Below, piece after piece: positions 1 through 11,474 of a stretch of DNA of 64,000 nt; the first letter of the stretch is position 1, and each line of letters begins with the position of its first letter. The position numbers and the translations under genes were made by a program. The stretch is taken from NCBI GenBank assembly GCA_046563655.1, contig CM102287.1, positions 4,774,001-4,838,000 of the forward strand, in the 5' to 3' direction. The notes beneath the pieces were generated by a model. That model saw only the letters and a list, made by a program, of their open reading frames with translations, did not search any database and had not been told where the DNA came from. This DNA is from Yuukianura sp. NJ FZ-2021. Taxonomy: Eukaryota.

Positions 1-1174
1 AACTGCTCCAATGAAGAGTCCATCAATTCCATACAGATCCAGCAGTCTCCCTCCTTGAATACTGCACCATAGAACTATCCAAAACGATATTAGAATCTTA
101 TTAAGCATAACGATTTAAAGCATCAACCACATTGAGAATCCCGGTTTCTGTCGTTTTCTTACCCCAACAATAACTGGACACGAATTGGACCTAAAATATT
201 ATTGCAACATTCAGTTTATAAACCAAAGATCAGCATTGCGAAACTAAAAGTCATCAAATGTTGTAAAATTACTTCATGACGACTTCCAAATCCATCATAA
301 GCTTCTTCTGTTCACGCTCGTCCACGGTACACCGAATTCGCTGAAAATGAAATGAAGTTGATTCAGCAAAGGTCAAAGGTCATGATTAAGAAACGCTTGT
401 TAGACTGTCCCTGACCTTGACAGCAATGGCTGTGGACGATCGTTTGTGGAACATTTTGTTCACCGTGCCATAAGCGCCTCTCCCGATCTCTCCCAAGTCT
501 GAAAATTTAAAGCAATTTGACAAGTTTAGTTCTTTTGAAAGTTATTCAAAGTTTTTTCCAAAATGATTCAAAAAGTTTTATGATTTGCTCCATTAGGTTC
601 ATTAGATTTGTCCTTTCATGTTTCACTAACCCTCCAAATCATCCGCCGTAAAATCAAAAGTCAATTCTGGTGAAATTTTCAATTTTCCGGAACTATGCAG
701 TCCAGAATTTGCTCGAAACTGGTCACTAACAATGAAAAATGAAGACGTTTTATGCCCGGAATCTATTCATCGGTTTGATTTAGCAAATTAGTTGATCAAC
801 TAACGATTGATCGTACGTACATTTGTGTCACGCTGTTTGAACTGCCTGGCCCCAATCGTTCTTGGGCTATCGGTATAGGCTGAAGAGGAGGAACGAATTG
901 TCTCGGACTCGTATCTGAACTGGCTTCTCCCACTGGACCAAAGTAGCTCGAGTCAAAGTTCAGTCTTAGTCCATTACGCAGATCTAAAATTAATCACATG
1001 ATCAATTAGTTAACTTCAAGCTCAATTAGCACCCAACCTTCATTCTATGGATATTGAATGTTCGCTTCCGTAACGTTTCATAATCGTTCAACATAACGTT
1101 AAAAATTCCAATTTGATCTTACTTGCGCCCAGTGCAGGATTGCTAGGATTAAAAGACGTTGGCCGTTCTGCCAT
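1..1174 (-). CDS. MKK4: Dual-specificity MAP kinase kinase 4 (JNK/p38 kinase), N-terminal part; continues beyond window start
   Basis: Spliced exons ~1174-1123, 983-821, 725-631, 498-416, 341-272, ~191-164 (micro-exon) and 77-1 read MAERPTSF...LRNGLRLNF...SSGKLKISPELTFDFTADDLEDLGEIGRGAYGTVNKM...AVKRIR...LMMDLEVVMKSNSCPVIVGFYGAVFKEGDCWICMELMD, matching MAP2K4 kinase subdomains I-V. GT-AG introns. Confidence 0.95.
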
Positions 1175-1983
1175 GATTGGTGAATTAAGTGTTAGTCAAT
1201 TGGGGAACTACAGTTAGCTAATAAGAGTTAACCTGGACATTAATTACGTATTAACTAATCTAATCAATTCAACAACTAAACAATTAAATCTGCCTAGATT
1301 TATTTGTCTATTTTGTAAATCAAAATTTTAAAAAGTGATTTTGATTTTTTTGAAAAGTGAATAGAATTTCTGCCTATTCTTAATTTATGTTTGCTCAAGT
1401 TTTCCGCCACTCAATTTTTTTCTGTTTCTCCCCTGCCTTTGTCTGCTGCTCCCTTTAGTTTTTTTAGTATTTTTATTTTTTTTGCTCCTTGTTTACTTTC
1501 TTGTTCCAGCAGCGACAAGTCCTTTTAAGTTTCTGTGTTAATTGTCAATTACTAAAGCTTAATTGTGATTGGTGATTTGGATTTATTAAGTTGTGTGGGA
1601 GGTGGATACGCGTGACTAGTCGTGGCGTCGGTGGCAAAGGTCAAGGGTCATTGCATCTGACTTTATAGTTCGTATTTTGGTGCTCTTCGTTTCTTTAGTA
1701 AGATGCGGAGCTTCCGTGCAGATTATGCGTAGAAATCAGCTGAACAACTTTGGTGTCAGCCTTGTATCGTATTGATTTCCTCTGGCTGTCGCCTTTCTGA
1801 CTTTGCTTCTGCTAGATTCTAAAATTCTGTTCAAATTAAAAAAAGTGACATTTAAAAAGTCAGATTTTAAAGATAAGGAAGTTGAAGCTGTTGACTAATT
1901 TAGTATTTGTTTGTGGTTTGTCTTGCAGTTTTGAAAAATCAGTTCCAGCAAGGTGGAGGACTCTAGGGTGTACTTGAACCATC

Positions 1984-4900
1984 ATGGGAGGGTAAGGATG
2001 TGCTGGCAAAGTGTTAACTCTCATGCTGATTAACAATTTAAAATTCGAGCCTAATAGTGTTGTCTTTGTGATGTTTTAGGTCATTGTCCCTCGGTCAAGT
2101 CACTGGACTTCATTCCAACCAGCAAAGGGTCTCCGAGCACACGAAGAAGTGCATTCGGACTGTCTTCGAAGCCCTTACTGCTAATCCTAGAAACACTGCT
2201 CATCGTCTCGAAGGGCTTCTTCAGCAGATACCGAAGGTACCAACTACTAAAGTACGAACTATGGAATCAATGTACAGGAACTTTCAGTTGATTAATTGGA
2301 TCCTTTGTCATGATTGTTTAGAATGAAAACATCCTGTGTGTCCTGGATAACCAGGGATACAACCTCCTCCAGATCTGCGTTGGGATCAATAACATTGACA
2401 TGATCAAGTGGATCCTCTCCAGACATCCGGATCTTAATCGTGGAGCATGCTCTCTTCCTCTTCACATTGCATGTGTCCGTGGACTGGATGAAGCAGTTGA
2501 TATTTTGTTGAAACATGGTGCTCGTACTGATGTGGATGGTAGAATGTGTTGGTAAGTTTAGTTACACTGTAGACTAAGATCCAGAGGACCAATATCAAAT
2601 CCGTTTTGGCAAACGTTGAAACTTGTCTGGTCAATTAGGCCTGGTCACCACAATCCAAATTGTGAACAGCGCTCAAAACAATGTAAACGTTCAACTCTGA
2701 TCGATTTCTTTTGCTTACAAATCTTTGACATGATACTAATTGAATTGATACGGTTTTCTCCAGGTTATGACGACTTGTTGGGAGACCGTGATCGTTCCAG
2801 TGATAAACTTCAAAATGCCCTTTGCTATGCAATTGACGGTGATCATCCAGAAATCCTAGATATGCTGTCACAGCGAGAGCAACCCGAGTGAGTTACTTTA
2901 CAGTTGGCAAGTTGTTAATAGTTAATACATTATTTAAATTTAAATATGAGCTAATTAACCTACTTATTCGTTCACCACAGGCCTTGGCTTCCTTCTCCCT
3001 GGCACAATCGACGGCCCTTGCTCAGCATCGCCTGCGAACGAGGTAACTCTCCCTTCTGTTTCTGATTGGACTGCTTCCATACTTGACTTCATTGTGAAAA
3101 TTGAAACGTATTTGTCGTTTTAGGTGCGTGGAATTGTGTCCAGTACCTACTAAGTGAGCGAGCAGATGAAATCAACCAGTGCTATGATGAATATTACCCG
3201 ATTCATCAAGTAAGCTAATCGTTTTTGGTTTGATTAATGCGGGAGTGGCTCGGAATTGACGAAAGTTTGATTGACGTATGTCCACAGGCTGTACTTCACG
3301 ACTTGAAGTTCGTAGAGAGGCTAATCCAGGCGGGTGTAAGTTTTCTTCATCATTTTTTTCTGAAATTCTTCGTCAACGGCTCCGCGCGGATTAATGTAAT
3401 TATATTACTGAATTTCTGTAGGCAATCGTGACAGTGCGAACTGCCACACAAAACTTGACAGTACTGCATGTGCTGTTTCTTCTGGGGAAGAAGTCGGCAG
3501 AGGAAACGCTGCAAACTACCAAACTCCTGCTTGAGCACGGACTCAAGGAACTGATAAATGAGCCTGATAGTTTAGGAAATACTCCACTTCATGCTCTCAT
3601 AGTTAGGTAAGTCAGCTGTTCGCAAACTAATTGGACAATTGAATATGGTTGGAGTGATTTTGAATTTTTCTAACGGGGTTTAACGCAGGTACGCTATTGA
3701 AGAAAAGCGTTTGACGTCATATCAGGACTATATTTGGTAAGCCCCAGACAACTTCACTAGCTTTAACTTTAACTTAGGTTAATTGCGTAACTTTTTGCGG
3801 TAACTTTGTTATTTGTTTCCAGTTGGTCAAAGTGGGACTGTTTGAACTTGTTTCGTTATCTCATTCTGCAAGGAGGCGCTAGGCAGTCTATCAATCAACC
3901 AGGCAATTCTGCTATCGCATGCGTTCTCAGACAAGTAAGTAACAAGGTCACTCGACCTTTGACCTCCAAGATCAAGGTCACGTTTTGAAACTGACGCGTG
4001 TCGATTATCCTAGGTAAGAGACTGGGAATTCCGATATGAACTGCTGTCAATGCTTCTGGCCGAAGGAGGTGATCCCAACCTGGTGGGAAGGGTAATGGAC
4101 ATGTTAATAAAATTAATCGATTACTTCAAATTGTTAATTATGATTCTGTTAATTGTTAATTTTTGGATAAACTGCAGGATGGTTCTGTTCCTTTGATGGT
4201 TTGTCTCGTACCCCTCATAAACAAGGATCTCCTACATAATTTTACGCATAACATGAAGGTAAAGAGTTTGAGAAAACTGAAAAGTCAGGTTTCATAAAAG
4301 TGAAATGGATTAATTTTTGGTTTTGTTTTGTTTCTGAAGGTGTTTTACTTGAATTGCGTGCGGATACTGTGTAAATACAATGCAAATCCGAACTGCATTG
4401 GAAAAGGTGAGTGAAAACCCCATTTTCAGAATTCAGATGGATCAAAAGAAACAGTCTGTCTTCTGTCACTCTTGACCTTGTAATTGATTAGGTTGACAAA
4501 AAAAGTGGGATGTCGGATGTTGATATTTGCTTTTCGTTTTTGTAGGACACCTAACTCCTCTGCATGTGTTGATGTTTGCTGCTGGAGAATATATTACACT
4601 GGCCCAGTCTGAAGAGAAGGATAACAGCTTCGGTAATCCACCAAAATTCAATTACACTCTCTAATTAAATTCTCGGAAATCGGCTTATTACACAAAGACC
4701 GAAAACCACGTCGGAGCCAACATCGTACTAACCTCTGCTTTCTCTTTTGTGTGCAGCTTTTATTCGACAACTTCTCGTGGTTCTCCTGCAACATGGGCTG
4801 GATGTCAATATTCGATTCTCGTCTCGCAGTAAGCCCTTGCACTATCTTTGACCTTCATTGTACAAAACAAAGGTTTTTTTTGTCTGTTTTGTTAATATGA

Positions 4901-6049
4901 GACACAAGCGGGTCTGAAAGCTTTTGAATTAACTTGAGGATGGAAATTAATTAATTTGAATTTGATTGTTTTATTTCAGCTCAACATATCCTTCTCAGCG
5001 TTTTGGAAATGGTCATGAGCGCCAGGAATCCGAGTGACCTCGTAAGAAATGTTTTTAAATGATGAACTACCAGAGATGGACGAAGGATCTAAAAAATCTA
5101 CCACATTTTCATGAGACATTTGAGACTATTTTTTTCGCATAACGGCGTACAAGTTACACCTGCATCGTTTCTCTTATTTCCATTGGAAATCAAAACGGAA
5201 TCTCTTTTGTTTTTAAATCACGGTTTGTTGCGTATTAAATAACATAACTTTGTATTTTTATGATTTTTAGGATTACGTCTATGATCTAACATTGACCCTT
5301 ATCCAATATGGAGCTGGTGAGTATTCTGTTCCCAAAAAAATTTCATAAAAATATCGTTAGCTAAGCATTTAATTTGAGCGAATTTTTAAATTTCAGATCC
5401 TAACGTGGCAATCGTCGAAAACGGAATTTGTCACTCACAGTCATCCCTCTTTCTCAAGAAGTCATCCAACAATGTAAGTTGGCAGTATTCGCCAGTATTT
5501 CATGAAAAATGTGACAGTAATGTAAGTTATTATTATTATATGAAGTGATAAATAGCAATGAAATTTTTGTTGTTTTGGAATAGGTGCTGTACTACTATAT
5601 TCAGTGGCTCTATAAAAAGGAAACGCTGCTTCTGGACCCAGAGAAACGATTTGCCAAAATAATTCGACTGTACGCAATGTGTATGGACCATAAGTAAGTC
5701 AAAACTCAGATTTTTTGATTGCTTTTTTTTTTCAACTTTCCTTTTTCCCGCTCTTTCCAAAACGCCATTGCTTGTGACCTCTTGAGCACTTTTTGTGACA
5801 CTGTTTCTCTGGTTGTTTCTCTTCAGAAACTTGTATCAATGCCTCAGGCTCGTCTACACTCAGTCAGAAATTGTTCCAGTTCGAACTGCTCTATGTCAAG
5901 TCATTCGGGAACACTCGGGTGGTGTTCGAAGTCTCCAGCAACAGTGTAGAATTGCAATTTACAAGCGACTGAAACGCTGTCCAGGATCATTTGCCTCCAA
6001 GCTTCCGCTTCCGCCTCCCCTCCAGCGATATCTTGTTTCATTTGAATAG
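1984..6049 (+). CDS. Ankyrin-repeat protein with C-terminal SOCS box (ASB-like Elongin/Cullin E3 adaptor), about 20 small exons
   Basis: ATG at 1984 splices to 2080 giving MGGSLSLGQ... Ankyrin motifs: GACSLPLHIACVRG...LLKHGA, YPIHQAV, NLTVLHVL, DSLGNTPLHAL, LTPLHVL. The last exon reads VRSLQQQCRIAIYKRLKR...KLPLPPPLQRYL, a SOCS-box consensus. Stop at 6047-6049. Some internal exon boundaries were not all checked. Confidence 0.85.
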
Positions 6050-7993
6050 AACGAGCCCTACGCTCTCCAGTTTTTATGGAAATGGAACGGAAACAATCCA
6101 GAGATGGAAGGCTCCTCTGGAGACATGATCTCACACGGATAGGACTTCTTAAACGCTGAAGCGGATCGCTGCCAGCGATTGGACGCCTGTTTGTTTGACA
6201 GGGCGAGTGAGATGCCACTGTCGTCCAGCAGAGTTCTCTCTTTGGAATAAAAGGAAAGACATATTGCAAAAATCCTCGAGGGGCTGGAGAATGAAGAGTG
6301 ACTGTCCATTTCCGTATCCTCCTCTCTGTTTTAGATTGATATTGATACTGTCTCATAGATGTGGACAAGGTCACGAGGTCAAGTGAAACTGCCATCGTCA
6401 CTCTTGTTGTCAATTACTCAGGATAACTCTTCCTCCCAGGGCTCTTATCTTTTTCCTTCGTCTTATGCTCGTAGTCTATCCCATCTTAGTCCTGGATGTT
6501 CGAATTTTTGTATTAGACGCTGCAGAATTGAGGAAAAGATGAGTTTGTTTTGTCTCTGTTTCATAAAAGTGTGAAATGTCACACCATTTTTGCAGATTGC
6601 AATCAGTGAATTTGGTTTTTCAATGAGGGAGATTTTTTTGTTGTATGAAATAAGGATTTTGTGATATAGGTTGATGGAGATGGTGGATACTGGACCAGTA
6701 TTTTCCAATTTCTTTTGTTTCCTTGATAGATGGTGTCAACTTTTTGGTTTTTAATCAAAGTTGGGGGTGACATGAAAGTGTAAAGAGCGACATGACACGT
6801 TGACATCTTCTGGGATTTGGCAACTCCCACTCTCTCTGGATCTTTTAAAATTTAAAATTAAGATTTTGTGAATTTTGACTACAAAAGTTGTCTTCCGAGA
6901 GTTGAACAAGGAAGTGTCTAAATACTTTGGATCCAAAGTGTACTTAACTGACTCGGAAGCGTGTGTAATTGGAATGTAATGAGGTCAGAGGTCACAGTTC
7001 GGTTTTATTGATTTTTAGTTGTAGACATGTGGCAAGGACTCTGGGAAGCGATTATGTCAGCATTCACTTTCAACCACTCTCCACTTCAGTTTCAGAAGTG
7101 AATGAGAAAGACCATTTGTGCCAATTGCGCATTTTGCTAAAACATTCAATTTTAAATGTGTGCAAATTTTAACAACTTGTTGCTATTATTACTTTTTTTT
7201 GTAGCATCGTTTCTCCCTCTGTCTGCAATTCCAAGCGTCATGGTTTTTTTTAAAGCTAGGAATGGCAAGCATTTCAGATTTTTAGATTTTCGTAGTTTTG
7301 GATTAAGTTTGGAAGAAGGAAAATTTGAAATTGGAAACAGATTTAAATGATTTTGTAACAATTTCCGTTTTTGTTTTTGCGAATTTTAGTTATGCGAAGA
7401 TGGGATTTTGCGAATTCTTGAATGGGGAGAGAAAGGGGGAGGTGTTTTGGAGGAGAGTGGAAGATGCGCTGTGGTGGTTTTTAGTTTTGGTTTTTGCAGA
7501 TTTGGCTTCGTAGTTGCTGTTGCTAGTGCTAAAAAAAGTTTTTAGTTTGCAAAGTCGCTACTACTTGCTTTTTGCTTATTGAGGGATCGTCTGTATTGAG
7601 ATTTTAAAAGCGTCGTAGCGTCGAACTCGAAGCCGACTTTACCGAGATGAGATGAGGAGATCGGAATGGGCACGTGCAAATATGTGCAAAAATCTTTTTT
7701 AAAGTTTTTTTTTAAAAGCTGGATATGCCAAAATAAGTGTTGGAAGTTGTTGGGTTATACCCTGGGAAAACGGAGATGGAAAAGCACTTTATTAGATAGC
7801 ACTCTCATTCCGCGTACTTTGCAAACTGTAAACTGTTATACCGCATCTCTCTCTTCTCGCAAAGAAAAAAATTGTAATGTCTCTTACTTTGTATTCTCCG
7901 CTTTTGCCAAAATTGTTCCACTGAACGCACTTTTGCAAAAAATGGAGCCGTTATTTGCGAAATCTCGCGAATTCAAGCGGTTTTGATGAAAAA

Positions 7994-8006
7994 TGACGTC
8001 ACGTGA
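7994..8006. promoter_or_regulatory. Overlapping CRE (TGACGTCA) and E-box/CLEAR-like (TCACGTGA) site upstream of the putative FoxO leader exon
   Basis: TGACGTCACGTGA at 7994-8006, with a second GTCACGTG near 8416. Function is inferred only. Confidence 0.35.
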
Positions 8007-8644
8007 GAAACTTGAATGTCGCTAGTTTAAAAAGCTAAGATACGCTGAAAATGCTTGTGAGGATTTCCAGTTTGCGAATGGACTACGACCGCATCTCGTG
8101 ATTCTTTCAAAATTCAATTTTGAAGTTTTAAAATTTTTTAAATTTGACATTTTTTTTTTGAAAAAATGAAAAATGGCAAGCTTAGGGATATGGAGATAGG
8201 GTTATGCTATGGATTAGGGATGAAGATGCCGGGGATGAGGATGGAGAAAGTGGGTTTGGGCCATTATTGAAGCAATTCTGAAGAGAATCGTTGCAGAAGA
8301 GGGATTTCCTATTGTAGTCAGTTCAGATCTGGTGCAGGAGAAGAGCAGGGAAGAAGCTAAGCACATTTTGTAGACAGTACTACTGTCACAGTTATTAGTA
8401 ACAACAGTAATAAGTGTCACGTGGATAGAGTAGGCTAGGTACTAATTAGTAATCAGTGTGAAAGTACTTGACACCTCTCAGTTTTAGCATTGATAGTGTC
8501 CTCTGCCCCTCCAGAAGAGAGAAGGTGAGGGGATGCCAAGAGGCGAATTGGCAACTAGCAGAGTCTCTCTTTTTTCTGCGTAGTAAACTCTCCAGTTACT
8601 AATCCATTTCTCGTTTTTGAGCAGTGTACGAGAGACCACATATG

Positions 8645-9698
8645 CCAATCTCTGCCACCCACCACCAACCAAACTCCTTCCTGCCACTTCTGCTACTCTC
8701 CTCAAAGTTAGTACTGTTCAGTAAGGACTAGAAGCCTAGGAAACTAGGAGCTTAGCACCAGAATCTATCTGGGACGACGAATCCAACCACCACGACCCAA
8801 CGACCTTCCAAAAACCAGAATCTGATACACACACTTGTTGATTGGTTCTCTGTGTGGCTAAACAAGAACAACCAACTCCTCTGGCACAATAGCACAGCAC
8901 ACAGTCAAAGTCAACTCGTCAGGTAAACCTTGTCCGATCATCATCATCACCATTACACCAAATTTCAGCTCAGTTGTAACGGTTTTTTGTGGTTCCAGAG
9001 TACTATCTGAGAGTGAAGAGCTTGAAACCTGCGCAGCGACAAGAAGATTTGGAGTCAACTGAGGTCTAACCACGGCGTTAGTACGACCGAAGTAGTTTCA
9101 CTTGTTGGACGACCGTGTTCTGGAAGTGGAACAGACAACAACGGGTGGCAACGGAGAGGAGTTACAACTTAAGTGCGAACTGGTGACGCAAGTGACCTTG
9201 CAGAAGACTCTCACCGTGTAGAAAACCCGGTGGTGCGGCTCATCGCTCCAGCACGAAGAACCTTCCAGCTCTCACGGAAACTAAAACTAGACGTTGGACT
9301 CAAAAGGGAAAGTGGAAAAGCGCTGGCGCTTCGGGCCACTTCTGAAACTCTCCTGTGAACTGGAACAGTTACGGAAGAAGGCTGTTGAATGCCGACTCTG
9401 ACTGCTGGAGAACCAGATCCAACTTTAGTTTGTGTTCCAGACGCTCCAAGAGCTTAAGACAGTCAAGGACTAAGGCACTCACAGTGCTACAACGACGAGA
9501 CGTTAGGATTTTAGAAAACGTTTTCCTAGAAAACGTTTAGTTTTTTAAAACAGTCATCATCATCATCGAGTTCAAAGTGCAACTACACTACTACAACAGA
9601 GATAGGACAACAGTGGAAGTGGAAAGGCGAGTCAACTATCAAGTAGCCCAGGATTTTATTGTAAAGTTCTCCAATTGTGCAAAAATCTATTTTTCAAG
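8645..9698 (+). other. Putative non-coding 5' leader exon of FoxO
   Basis: Ends in a strong donor CAAG|GTGAGT (intron starts 9699). Matching acceptor tttttcag at 11462 lies 12 nt before the FoxO ATG. Only one + strand ATG in ~1050 nt. The 5' boundary is approximate. Confidence 0.6.
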
Positions 9699-11474
9699 GT
9701 GAGTCTCTCTCTCTCTGTGTATGTCTTCGACATCAGTTTGTAGTTGGTATACGGCTCTGCTCTGCCCGTCTCTCAAATGATTTCATTAGCATCCCATACA
9801 CATTAGCGATTCCATCTTTGCAAAACACTATTTGAATCGGAATCAACTTTTTATCAAAAGACATGAATTCTGAATTAGTTTTAATCCTAACCACTAGAGT
9901 TTAGTATTTCCCTTGCTAGATCCAAGTCCAGGAACAGTTTACCTTAGAAATGGACAAAGTTTTGAGTAGATGATGGTGTTCTGTGTGACTTTGGTCTTTA
10001 TGTGCCCCAAAATTGTAAGAGGCAGCGCTTTTTAGCATGAGGAACTTAATGGGCAGAATGATTGATGGAGTTGGCGGTAGAACGCTAATCCAATGGCGTT
10101 CAATCAAATTGGAAAGCCTCTTTTTCCATATTTTTTTTTCATGTAAAATGAATGAACTTGGAACTTAATTTGGAAGGGCTGGAAACGACGAGAGACGCAC
10201 AGCGACGTTAGCGTTAAAAGCGAAATTTCAAAAAAAAATTGGGAATTTTTGATACTCAGGTGAAGAGTGAGGAAATGAGTAGGCGATGAAGCAGGTTTTT
10301 TTTTTTTGAAAATTCGGAAAGTGAAAGTGATGAAAACTTTTTTAAAAAGTTTTTCCAAAAAATTTGCGCTAGAATGGTCGAGTAATCTTGAGTTTTTGAT
10401 GGAACGTGTATGGTGAAACTGCAAAATTGATTTAGTGGAGAAGTAGTTGTGCATTTTTGGAAGTAAAAGTGCAACGTGGTTTTGAAATTGATTCGTGAAT
10501 TGGGTTTAGAGTGCGGTGATATGATGGGAGAATAGAAAATAAACTTTGATTTGATTACGCAACACCCTTGACCTTCAAATGGTTTTTACTTTTTCCTTTT
10601 AGACTCCATCATCATCAGTATTAAGCGCGCTTTTTTTAACTTGCACCTTCCAGCACAACTACTTTACCACTAAATAGTCTTGGGTGGGAACCAAAACACT
10701 AACTGGTCTCAGAGTCTCAGCTCCAACTTGAGCTGATTTACTTTTATTCCGTCTCTCCATGGGCAATAATTGTAATTCTAGCGTGTATCTACTTTTTATG
10801 ACCAGTTTTAATTAATTAAACCTGGACCTAGCCACTGTCTTTGTGTTTTCCGTGGTAATGGAAATTGTAGAATTCCCAAACCTTGACCTGCGGCGAGTAC
10901 GATGCTAATAGCATTACATAAAACATAAAAAAAAGTTGGGAATAACTTGTGAATTCCAGTTAAGATTAGAATCTGGATTCTGGTCCAGGTCCCAGGGAAC
11001 ATTTTTTGATTTTTTCGTAAACTGAAAAACGAAATTTTGTGAGTTTTACAAAAAGAAAGTTGCGACTTTTGGGAATTTGAGATGCTCAACTTTCCGGATC
11101 CGCTTTTCGGGAGTAAAAGTGAATTGCACTTCTTGGTTATGGTGAATTGAGCACTTTTAGAGTCAAATGACATGACAGTCATAGGATCGGAAATTCCGAA
11201 TCGCTGCTTGTTCAGTATCACGTTGATGCTGAATTACGCTAAAATCGAGGTTGAGGTCATGCCGTGAGTTGTGAAAGTTTAACGAACTGATGAGAGCATT
11301 GATTGACTCTAAAAGTGTCTGATAAGTGGCTTTCTGGGGAACTTAAAAGCTAAAAATTGATTCGGTCATTCTTTTGAAAATGGATGAATTAAGGACTAAA
11401 GCTATCGATTACGAAGAAGTTGACTTCAAAGTGCTCATTTCAGTTTTGTTTCAATTTTTCAGAAGTTACTCAAA

